Source: Andalucia godoyi And28
Lineage: Eukaryota; Protista; Jakobida
DNA length: 64,000 nt
Direction: 5' to 3'
Assembly: GCA_009859145.1 (NCBI GenBank)
Contig: VRVR01000039.1
Span: 128,284-192,283 of the forward strand
The notes beneath the pieces were generated by a model. It did not search any database. It was not told the origin of the DNA and saw only the letters and a program-made list of their open reading frames with translations. Below, piece after piece: positions 38,434 to 49,800 of this stretch; positions within the stretch are counted from its first letter, which is position 1, and each line of letters begins with the position of its first letter. The translations under genes were made by a program, and so were the position numbers.

Positions 38434-38796
38434 GTTATGCTTTCTGAACTTTGCATGTGGTACCTGTTGCTTATTTTCCCCAAGAGTCAATCTTCGCAAG
38501 TCGACAGTTCCGCCAGTTCCAACAAAAAGTTGCCCAACCGGTGATGATAGGAAGCTGTCTTTCTTTGTTCGGCACACTCTACTGTTAAAAAAAAAAGATT
38601 TTCGCGCAAGGATTCGAATCCCCGACTCCTGGTTATAGCATCATCATTATCCCCCAGCTTTCCTCACGTGAAATTGTCCTCTCCCGACTGTAACCACCCT
38701 TCCCATCCACTCGCGCATTTCTTTTGTCGCATTCCGTTCTTCTTTCTTTGGCCTTGTTGGCTTATTTGTCTGCTGTCTTTCACATCCGCAAACAAT

Positions 38797-39281
38797 ATGA
38801 CATCTGCGCCTCAACCGTACGACACTGAGCCGCCGCGGGTCGCTTCCGCCTCTTCCGCACTGGATCTCACAAATTGGAGTTTCCGTTTTACTGTTAATAA
38901 AAATCAGGTAAGTTTTATTTTCTTGGTGTTGCCACAGAGTTTTATTTGTGCATTCCACAGACGGGTGTCGTGCGGGACGAGAACCAAGTCCCACTCGACA
39001 AGAGGCGCGTGATTGCGGATACATCAACAGATCCACGCAACCTGACGACGGACATGCATCGCAAGTTTGCAAAATGGCTGTGTGAGGGGTATGACTGCAC
39101 TCTGCTTCCGAAATTCGATACGCCTCGTATGGTGCGGAGGGAGCCGGAAGAAGGGAAGAAACCCCGCATTAGAGGGTGTTTGCATGTCCATAGTGTGTAT
39201 GCCGGATTGATCGCGCGGTGGGAATGGGTGCGCGCAACAACATTTATCTTAAGAAGGCCGACAAGGCGTGTAGGGGCCTAA
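38797..39281 (+). CDS. possible spliced 143-aa ORF join(38797..38907, 38961..39281) whose exon 2 is Fanzor-derived
   Basis: ATG 38797; CAG|GTAAGT donor at 38908; CCACAG acceptor at 38960; phase 0 to phase 0 keeps the frame into NLTTDMHRKFAKWLCEGYDCTLLPKFDTPRMVRR. Confidence 0.4.
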
Positions 39282-39373
39282 CCCCCTTCCCATCCATGGC
39301 GATAGGGCCCGGGTTGCAAGAGGGGTTATGGATGATCAGCCATGATCAACCATGATTAGTGTATATTGTAGGC
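38997..39373 (+). mobile_element. degenerate Fanzor2/IS607-TnpB relic B with omegaRNA-like 3' end
   Basis: RNLTTDMHRKFAKWLCEGYDCTLLPKFDTPRMV is the Fanzor2 'H.K.A.WL...YD..LLP.F' block. After an internal deletion, another frame reads VFACP*CVCRIDRAVGMGARNNIYLK. Confidence 0.82.
39270..39373 (+). ncRNA. putative Fanzor omegaRNA scaffold B
   Basis: GGGG-CCTAA-CCCC hairpin, CATCCAT...ATGGATG stem (39291-39334), TGATCA-GCCA-TGATCA hairpin (39333-39348); terminal 23-mer 19/23 identical to copy A. Confidence 0.5.
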
Positions 39374-39814
39374 AGACTGGAGTGTTTGAACGAAGAGTTC
39401 CGCGGAACGTCAAAACCAAAAACTCAAATACGGCCTCAATGAAACTCAAACGGATTGACAAAGAAAAGAAAAATTGTCGACCAGTCGAATCGAACACGTG
39501 GCTGACAAAATTTCCCCCTCTCGACCGAAAAAATAATAATTGGGATATAAAAATTGTCGGGCAAAACGAAAAACTAATAAATAATAAATTTTAAAAAAAT
39601 GTCAGTCCTTACTCTCTTACTCGTGCACTCTTGCACCAACACGCTCCTTTGGCTTCCTTTCACTGTTGCTTCGTTTTTACTTTTATCCTATTATCATACT
39701 GTCCTTTTTCTTCTTCTTCTTCTTCTTTTCTTTTTCTTTTTCCCTTCTATTTTTTGCGGTTGTTTCCCCTTGGCTGTGTTTCTTTTTGCTTGCATTCCTG
39801 TTGTTTTCTGAAGC

Positions 39815-40393
39815 ATGCGATTCTCATTGCTTGTTCTGGCTCTCGTGCTGCCATTTGTGCTCTGCTCCAATGTGGTTGTGTACAAGCAGCTCTCGTCGGA
39901 TCTCGTTGGAGTGCAGCAGCCGTTGACCGTGTCTCTGGTTGTGTACAACGAAGGCCGTCTGCCGATCCACAATGTCTATTTGAATGATTCGCACAACTGG
40001 CCTGCCGAGGCATTTACAATCACAGAAGGTTCGGCTGTGACGACGGTTCCGGAAGTTGCTCCAGGCGCATCGGTGAACATTTCCTTTGTGGTTGTTCCGT
40101 CTGTGGAGGGTGAGCTCTTTGCTGTTCCAGCAGAATATTCGTATGAGATCTCGATCAAGGAAAAGGAGGAAGACGAAGAGCAGCTTGTCACCCTCAACGG
40201 ACGATCGAACTTTGTTCCGCCTTTCCCTGTGTTCTCTGCTCGCAAGTACGCAGTCGAAGCATCCACGAAGCAGTTTGAATGGATTGCTTTCTTTGCAATG
40301 ATCATCTTCCCGACTTTGGTCCCTGCCGCAATCTACATCACCATTCGCAACCAGCGTCTCCGAGCAATGGTCTCAAAGCCAAAGAAGGCATGA
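39815..40393 (+). CDS. SSR2: translocon-associated protein beta (TRAP-beta)
   Basis: Signal peptide, VVYKQL..LTVSLVVYNEG...V.LND, APGASVNISFVVVP, C-terminal TM (WIAFFAMIIFPTLVPAAIYI) and KPKKA end. Confidence 0.88.
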   Translation: MRFSLLVLALVLPFVLCSNVVVYKQLSSDLVGVQQPLTVSLVVYNEGRLPIHNVYLNDSHNWPAEAFTITEGSAVTTVPEVAPGASVNISFVVVPSVEGELFAVPAEYSYEISIKEKEEDEEQLVTLNGRSNFVPPFPVFSARKYAVEASTKQFEWIAFFAMIIFPTLVPAAIYITIRNQRLRAMVSKPKKA

Positions 40394-40865
40394 TAAAAGG
40401 TCAAAAAAAAATGTGCCCAGCACATTTTCCCCTTTCGAATACACTACCTTGTGCTGTACAATAAATGACGCTTGCTTGGATGCCTGGTCCCTGTTCCCCA
40501 CAACCTCGTTGCTCACGGCCCCCCCTGCATCAGTGCCCACCGCAACCCGCAGGAGCGCTCCTGGCCTGCTGTAAAACCGTTCGACTGCTTCTGAAGAACA
40601 GACGATTTGGGGAAACTCCCGCCGCCCAAAGCATTGCGTTGCCCAGTTTTCCAATATCCAGTTTTCAGTATTCCAAATATCCAGTATCCATCGAGGATTC
40701 TCTTCAGGTTTTCTTGTGCTATCCTTTTCCTTGCTCTGTCTGTTTTGTCTGTCGCGGTGGGCAAACATAACAAACTAAACAACAAAACAACAACTGAAAA
40801 AAAAGAAAAGAAAAGAAAGGAAGAAAAAATAATAATATTAATTGAATTCTCGCTGCGTTGCTAGC

Positions 40866-43800
40866 ATGGAGTCTCTTCGTCTCTGGCTTCGTCTTTCGTT
40901 TGGCGCGCTTTCCGGAAGCGCAAAAAGCGAACTGGATACAAAAATACAGTCCGTGCTTTCCTCGGAAGCGGCCACACTCTTTTTGACGTCTCCGAATGTT
41001 CTCATTCTCCGTGTGCTCTTTTCGGAATCGCAGGGATCCATGTTCTGCACGAACGGATCTTGGTCGGCCGTTTCGGAGCCTGAGCAAGGAATGAGGAGCC
41101 CTGGAATGACTGCAACTTTCACTAAGCGGGTTCCATGCGTGGTCTCGGACGCGCAGTTCCACCACTGCGTCGGCGTTACCACGTCATCGGAAGGCCAAGG
41201 TCTTTCGCTGTATGAGTATGAGTACTGGATGTCACTGTCTTTGTCAGCGTCTTCAAAACAGGAGAAGGAGGCTGCTGTGGAGTACTCGACGACTCTGAAG
41301 CGTGTTGCAGAAGAAGTCTCATATCTCGGGGATCGATCAATCGAGTCGCTTGCGGATTCAATCCAGATTTTTTATGAGAGTCTGAATTCTCTATGGGTCG
41401 ATGGAAAGTACTCAAAGCAATATCCAGAGTCTCGAATGGTCGGCTTGCTGCAGGCGCTGTCATTCGCGATAGTATCCGTGTTGCAAGCGAAGCTTGACAG
41501 GTCCTCCTTATTGGACGGAGATTTCTCCTCTGTAAGACAGTCCGTAGATGATTCAGTTTCCGTCTGCGATCAGTGGATCAAGTGCACAACGGAGTTGACA
41601 GGAATCATGTGGCCAAACTCTGGGCATCGCTGGACCGGACAGCGTTTCTCAAGCCCTCTTGTTTCAGCTCTTTCGCAGCGACTGGAAGAGATATCCCGCA
41701 TTCGATCGCTGCATGAGCAGCTGAAAACCGTACTGGATTCGTCTGACCTGAAGCGAGAGTCCTTCGGTGACATGCTGACACCGCTCCATAGCATCAACGT
41801 GCTCCACATTACTGTGGACCTCTCCACAGGAATCCTTGATAGCCTTGACCGCTTTCAGAAAGCAAAGACCGATTGTTTATCGAAGCTGGCTCCCTTGGAG
41901 CAGCGCATTGCGGACCGGCTGAGTCTTCGATTTTCTTTTGTGCTGTCCAATCCCAACCAGTTGATTCACGAATTTTTGCGGTTTCAAAGTTTGATCAGTC
42001 TTGGATCCATTCGCACAACTCTCTCGAAAGAAAGGAAGATATGTGTCGATTACTTGGCAAAACATGCAGAAGATGTGAAGAAACAGTTATCTGTCGTCGA
42101 ACGGAGCAGTAGCCGAAAGGACACTGCGGCAGCAGCTTCGTTACTTGGGGTCAAGGTGGGGTTGTCCGCTGTGTCGGAGCACTTGATATGGGCCAGACAA
42201 CATGTTGTGAAGCTGCGTGGGTTCATTGAATTTGGAAATTCGCTACTGTCGGATTTAAGCTCGTATTCTGGTGTCCGAGAGCGTCTTGATGGCTGTTTGT
42301 CTGATCTCACCAATTTTGAAGAATCTCAGTTTCATGACTGGATTGATGCTGTCCGGCCTGCCGTTTCCGGAAAGAACGCGTTGTCTGGTTCATTAATGGA
42401 AATTGACAAGAAAGATGGTCGGCTGAAGGTCAACTACGACGAAGGGCTCGTCAATTTGATCAAAGAAGTTCGCCAGCTTTCATCGTCCGGCTTTCAGATA
42501 CCCCGGGAGATCATGGGATCGGTGCGAAATGCCGAAAAACTGTACAGATACGGTGTCATCTTGAAGCAGATTGCCAACTTTTACAATACTGTGGACAAGC
42601 AGATTGTCCTGAGCCAGAAGCCGATGTTGCTGGACGTTGCATTAGCTTTTGAAGAGGTTGTTAAGACACGTGTCTCATCTTCAAAGACTGCCTCAGGAAC
42701 ATGGGATGATGCAGAAGCGACTGCAAAGTATGTCTCACGATTGCAGGCCGCGTCGCAGCAGTTCGTTCAGGAAAATCGAAAGTTACGAAAGTATCATATG
42801 GAGATTTGCCAGGGGTTGTCTTGGCTTCTTGATTTGGATCTTGTTCGGCAGCAAGGAAAGTGGAAGGAGAAACTGGACGAGTTGCGCAGTGTGATTGAAA
42901 ATCTTGAGAGATCAGGATACAAGAACATGCAGATGTGGAAGTTGCATCTGGACAGACAACTGTACAAAGTTCTGGATTATCAATATGTTCTGGGTTTGAA
43001 TGCGCTGAATGTCATTCTTCCAGAGACAAAGGTAGAATTCGTTTTGAAGGATGGATCTGTTGTATTTCGGCCTTCGTTAGAGTCGTTGCGTGACAAGTAC
43101 TATTCTCGTCTCAAAGATTATGTTCGTTTGCCAACTCGGTTCAAAGGATTTTGCGGAAACGTGACATTATTTTCAGAGATTGTAGATCGAAACGCCGGTT
43201 TGCTGATCAAAGTCTATGAGAAAGCCGAGTCTTTGTTTTCAAAACTGGAGAGGGTTTCGGAACCTTTTGGCGCGTTTCTTGTTTTAACATCTGTCCCGGA
43301 CAGTTTAGATTTCGTCGTTGACAATTTGTCCTCGGTAGAAGATTTCGAGTACAATTTCAAGTTGATCAAGCAAAAAGGTAAGGATCTCGAGAAGCTGGAG
43401 AACGGTTGCCGGGTGGAGTGTTTCGCCGTGTCCTTTGTGTCTTTGAAGCGCGACATCGAAAGCCACTTGTCAGTGTTTGCAGATTCCGTTGTGTCCGGAT
43501 TGAGGAAAAAGGCTCTTGTACACGTGGAAAAGATCGCCAAGTTCCTTCAGTCGGCCAAGGACGCGGTTTCTCAGAAGCCACAGACGCTTGAGGAAATCGG
43601 CCAAGCAAATATGCAGTTTCGCAAGCTGAGCGAGGACCGTACCCAATTTTTGAAAGAGTTTGACGAGTTTGAGCTGAAGAATCGCCTGCTGAAGCAGGTG
43701 TCCGGGGAAGAATTGGATGTCTCCCAGTACCGCGTCCAGTGGGAGAAGTTTTCTGACATGGTTCTTGCTCATGAATTGATGATTAAAGAGCAAACGGATG

Positions 43801-46800
43801 CGTTGAAAACGGGAGTATTGTCTCGGATTCAAGCTTTTGAAAGCGAGATTGCAAAGTTCGCCTCGAAATTCCAGCAGTCCAAGCCTAAAGATGTCCGAAT
43901 TTCTAATCGGAGCGGTGCTGCGGAAGCACTGGGATTCGTGAAAGATCGCAGAAAGGAGCTCGTAGTGCTGATGAATCGCTCCAAGGAGTTGGCTAAAGAG
44001 GCAGAGTACTTCGGGTGCGCAGTCCCGACTTTTGATGATCTTTTCGATGTAGACGCGGATCTTTCGGGTTTGGAGACGTCATGGGGGCTTTTTGACAGTT
44101 ATTTGTCTGCCTTTTCCAGTATCTGGGATGAGGACTGGGTGACGTTTCGCAAGAACATGTTTAAATTGGAAGATTTTGCTTCCAAACAGCTGGACCTTTT
44201 GAAGAAGATGACGCAAGATCGAATTGCAGGACAAATTCGGGATGAGCTCGCTTCTTTCCGTCCTTTGTATGGGTTGCTTCCGTTTCTTCGAGGCGATGGT
44301 TGGGAGAAAGATCACTGGTTCAGGCTGTTCTCAATATTGAATATTCCTCGATCGGTTTCTGTGGAAGATTTGAAAGTATCCCATTTCTTGGAACGTATTG
44401 ATACCGTTGTTGCCCAACAGCAGGCAATCAAGGAATTGCATGCTCGCGCGCAAGGTGAAGTCATGATCCGCGAAGCACTCCTGGAAATCAAAACATGGGG
44501 CAGCAGCGCTGTGCTGACAATGATCGTCGTCGGAGACGCTACTAGAAAGACACCGCTTGTCAAGGAATGGAAAGACGTACTCATGCAGATTGGAGATCAC
44601 CAGTCGCTTCTTGCGACTTTGAAAGAGTCTCTGTACTTTTCTCTGTTTGCAGACGAGATTGGTTCATTGGAAGTCAAGCTCGTGACAGTGGATCGATGCT
44701 TGCAAATATTGAACCCTGTGCAACGAAAATGGTTGTATCTAGAGCCAATTTTTTCGCGTGGATCCTTGCCGGAAGAACAGGGTCGCTTCAACAATCTCGA
44801 TTCCGAGTTTCGTGAGATCATGACGGATATCGCTTCTGACCCATTGGTGCTGACGCTATCCCGTCTGCCAGACTTGGAAGGACGGCTAAAGGGGATTTTG
44901 GATAATCTCGAACGCTGCCAGAAGGCGTTGAACGATTTCTTGGAACAGAAGCGAAACAAGTTTCCGAGATTCTACTTCATTGGAGACGATGATCTTCTTG
45001 AAATTCTTGGACAAGCGAACAATCCAGCTGTCATTCAGAATCACCTCAAGAAGCTGTTTGCGGGTATTCATTCTGTTGTGTTTGACCCTTCGTCTACAAC
45101 CATCCTGGCAGTGCGTTCAGTCGACGGCGAGCAGGTGCAGATCATTCGACCCATTCAAGTCGATTTGGTGGTGGAATCATGGATGTCTGCCCTGGATACG
45201 GTCATGAAGCAATCGTTGCAACAATTGCAAACCTCTTGTTTGAATGGCCCCCAGTTCATGGAGCTTGGCAAGTATCCTTCCCAAGTACTTGATCTCGTTT
45301 GTAATATCCGCTTTACCGCAGACGCAGAGTCGGCGATTCGTTCACGCACTCTCGACAAGTTTGAAAGTCAGGTCCGCGCATTCCTGAACGAGCTGACGTC
45401 TCAGGACACTTCGGCTGACAACGTGTTGGATCTAAAGGTGAAGTCTTTGGTTCTGACCGTGATCCACCAATTGGACGTTGTTCGGCAGCTCAATCGGAGT
45501 GGAACGCGTTCCACAGAGGACTGGCAATGGCAGAAGCAGTTGCGCTTCTATGCGGACAGCAATGTTGGTTGCGTTGTGAAAATGTGCGATGCGGTCTTTC
45601 CGTACACGTATGAATATCAGGGTAACGCACCCAAACTTGTTCACACTCCTTTGACGGACAAATGCTATCTGACTCTGACACAGGGAATGTGGTTGGGCTT
45701 CGGTGGAAATCCGTATGGTCCTGCAGGGACAGGTAAAACCGAGTCTGTGAAGGCACTTGGGCAAGCTCTTGCCAGACAAGTTCTGGTTTTCAACTGTGAC
45801 GAAGGCATTGATTTCCAGAGTATGGGTAGAATATTCATTGGTCTGGTGAAATGCGGAGCTTGGGGCTGTTTTGACGAGTTCAACCGACTGAAAGAGGATC
45901 AGTTGTCTGCCATTTCCCAGCAGATCCAAGTAATCCAAGCCGCCATCAAAGACAAACAGCCTGAAGTCGAATTGTTATCACAGACAATCAGCGTGAATTT
46001 TAATGCTGGTATCTTTGTTACGCTGAATCCCGCGGGCAAAGGATATGGCGGCCGCTCGAAGCTTCCGGACAACTTGAAGCAGCTTTTCCGATCTGTTGCT
46101 ATGACTTCCCCAGACAATGATGTGATTGCTGAAGTGATTCTGTATTCAGAAGGCATGCGACATGCAGAGTCGCTGGGCACGAAGCTGGTGTCCGTTTTCC
46201 GGCTTTCCAAACAACTCCTTAGTCAACAGCAACACTATGACTGGGGACTGCGTGCCCTGAAGACTGTGCTGCGCATGGCAGGGTCGCTGATCAGGTTCTC
46301 CTCTGTCGACACGAAGACCAGATCTGTGGAAGATGAGGCCGAGATTCTGGTGAAGGCTCTCCGTGCAAACACACTCCCGAAATTGACGTTTGCGGATGCC
46401 ATAAGATTTGATGGAATCGTCCGAGATCTGTTTCCAAACATTCGCTGCGTCGACCTGAGCGATGAGTTGCTGGACAAGGCCATCCGAGAAGCACTCACGA
46501 GAAGAGGGTACAGACCAATCGATTCTCAAGTCTTGAAAATTTTGCAGTTGAATGAGACGATTCGACAGCGTATGGGCGTTGTGCTCGTTGGACCGACGGG
46601 CTCTGGAAAAAGCACACTGTGGTCCATATTGCACGAAGCATTAAATTCAGTTGGTCGACAAGTGAAATTGCACACGCTGAATCCGAAGGCGATGCCCAGG
46701 AACCAGCTGTTGGGCCACATGGATATGGATACTCGAGAATGGTTCGACGGTGTCTTGACAGCCAGTGCAAGAACGGTTGTGAAAGAGAGCCTGGATGTTA

Positions 46801-49800
46801 CATCCTGGATTGTTTGCGATGGAGATATCGATCCAGAATGGGTGGAGTCTCTCAACTCGGTCCTTGATGACAATAGATTGCTCACAATGCCGTCGGGCGA
46901 GCGCATTCAGTTCGGTCCGAATGTCAATTTTGTTTTTGAATGCGACCATCTTCGGTATGCTTCTCCCGCTACTGTTTCACGCATGGGAATGATCTTCTTA
47001 TCTGACGAAGATATGCCTGTTGGTGCACTTGTCGATTCTTGGTTCTCCTTCCTCGGTGACAAGGAATTTTTTGCAAAGAACAAGGATTTTCTTTCGAAAG
47101 TGTTTCCTCAGATGCTGCTTCCGGCTGTCGACTTTTTCTTCTCTAGAGCTGGTGGCACCTCGAAGGATATCGAGGTTCGCGCGACTGTGATACCCTCGAA
47201 ATATTGTGTCTTGCGGAACATTTTTTCTCAGTTGGAGTTTGCAATGGCTTCAGTCCCCATGTCTTCGATGACGATGGAGGAGTTTTGCGTTTGCATCCTT
47301 CGAGGTCTTGGTCCGTTCTTTGCAGACTCCATTTCGTTGACATCTTTCTCCAAGTTTCTATTCGACCGAGCGAGCATTCGGTCTCCGGACAGTGCTACGT
47401 ATTATTCTGTCGATTTTGATCGGAAGACCATGCAAATATGTTCTCTTGCTTCAATTCCCTTTTCTGGAGACTCTGCCTCGAAGTCCCTTTTTGTGAAGAC
47501 GGCCAATGTGCAACGAGTCATGAAAGTTTTGGAGCCGTGGCTATCGTCAACCGGCGGTGGAAAATCGAATCTTCCTCCGCCTGTCCTCTTGGTGGGTCCA
47601 GAAGGTTGTGGTAAGTCTCTTGTACTTGAAAATGCTCTGAGCGTATTGCGTGGCGCTGCCTTGTCTGTTATTCACTGTACTGCGCAGACCTCCGCTTCCC
47701 AACTTATCCAGAAGCTACTGCAGACTTGCGTCTTTGCAACGACGACGCGAGGCCGCGTTCTGCGCCCGAAGGAAGGCAAACTTGTATTATTCCTTAAGGA
47801 CATTAACCTTCCGAAGCCCGATCAGTATGGAACTGCGCAACTGGTTGCTTTCTTGCAGCAGCTCATTCACTACTGCGGATTTTGGGACCATAATTTGGAA
47901 TGGATTGGCCTTGAGAAGATCCAGATTGTGGCCTCCATGAATCCTGTGACGTCTTCTGGCCGCTATGCGGTGTCCCCGAGGCTCCTGTCCACCTTCCACG
48001 TTTGCTCTTTGTTGGATCCAGATGCGAAGGATATGGAATTGATCTCATCTGCTGTCTTAGGCAAGTCCCTTGGGCTGCTCTTGAGCTCTTCGTCAAAGGC
48101 AGGCAAAACGGTCGTTGTTCGTCCGCCGAAGCCGTTTGTGGACAAACTTGCAAGTTGGATGGTCAAAGTGTACTTTGCCGTCCGTGATCGATTGTCGTCG
48201 GAAGTTCATCCTCATTATGTATTCTCACCACGCATCATATCGGCTTGGGCGGAAGGGTTCGCTCGGTATCGCGCAGGTCTTTCTGCAGAACTGGAAGAAA
48301 AGAAGTCAGTGGATGAATCCGAGATCGTCGCCCGCTTGCTGCAGGCTGCCATTTACGAAGGCGAAAGATTGTTCAAGGACAAGCTGTCTTTGGACGACGT
48401 CGACAAGTTCTCTTCTTTTGTTGCCAGAACGGTTCGAGAGACGTTTAGTGCTGATGGAGCCGTGAATCCAGATTATGTGTATTCTTCCTGTGCGGGCTCT
48501 GCTGTTGCGTCGTATGATGAAGACTCGGAGGAATCCGAAACTTCTCAAAGCTTAAATGCAAGCTCCCGGTTCCTGCCCCTGTCCAGAATATCGATTTCTG
48601 AATATCGTGCGTTTGTTGCCGATGTTCTCAAAATCGTGAAGAGAGAAGTGAAACCTCTTGACGTGCTTCTGATTGACGAATTTCTTTTGCGCGTTGCAAG
48701 GATCGAACGAGTGCTTTCCAACCCATCGGAAGGCTCCTTGCTGTTGTGCGGACCTGCGGGATGCGGGCGACGATCTGCTGTGTGTTTAGTGTCTCATATG
48801 TTGCGTCTTTCTGTAATGACGCCTCATGTGACGTCTTCCTACGGGATGCGCGAGTTCAAACTTGATCTAAAGTCCGTGTTGTCAAAGGCTTCGGTGGACG
48901 GCGAGCGAATACTGTTCTTGCTGGAAGAGCATCAAATCGTAGACGAAGGCATGTTGGAGTTGATCAATGCGCTGCTTTCGGCAGGTGAAATCCCTGGTCT
49001 GTACTCAAAGGAGGAATTTGATGCTCTTCTTCAATCCTTTAGCAACTCTTCTGCATTTGCTGCCTTTTCGAGTTCATCCGCATTTCCTTCTGTCACTGCG
49101 AGCTTGCATTCGATATTTGTCGCCTGTATCAAGCGCAATGTTCGGGTAGTCATTGTTCTGGATCCTTTACACGAAAAATATGTTTCTCGTTGTCTGTCGA
49201 ATCCTGCTCTGTTCTCTCGCTGCTCCGTGCAGTATGTGGAAGGCTGGGGAAAAGACAGCTTGCGCAGCTTCGTTGACCACAGAGTGGCGTCTGCTATTGG
49301 CAAGCGGCAGGATGCAGCGAAGGAGCCGAGGTCTTCAAAGGACGTTCTCAACACTCTCTCAACGGCTTTTCTTGGGCTCATTCGAACCGCTGCAGAGCAG
49401 CTTACAGTGCAACCTGCAGATGTTTTCCATTTGCTGTCCACGTATGAAGCCGTATTTCATGACAAAAAATCCCTTCTGGAGTCGCAACTGGCCCGTTTGT
49501 TAGCTGGATTGAACAAGCTCAAGGATGCTGCGTCTACTGTCGATGAATTAGCCAAGGACGCGATCAAGAAGAAGAAGGAATTAGAAGAGAAACAAAAAGA
49601 GGCTGACACGGCGTTGCAGGACATCTCTTCTGCGATGGAGACCGCGTCGAAGGAAAAGTCTGCTGCAGAAAAGCTGCGAGTTCGTCTTGAGAAAGATGAG
49701 CAAGTGATTTCGAAAAACAAAAAGGACATGGAAGCGCAGTTAGCTGAGGTCATGCCAATGGTAGAAGCCGCGAAGTCTTCTGTGAGTAGCATTTCGTCTT

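Noticed and set aside
38586-38716. tRNA-like element on the minus strand (GCGCGAG...GGGGATTCGAATCCTTGCGCG followed by a T run)
   Set aside because: The T-loop palindrome is followed directly by the putative acceptor strand with no 5-nt T-stem 3' arm, and there is no D- or anticodon arm. The T run reads equally well as a polypyrimidine tract of a 3' splice site (TTTTTTTTTTTAACAG) upstream of der.
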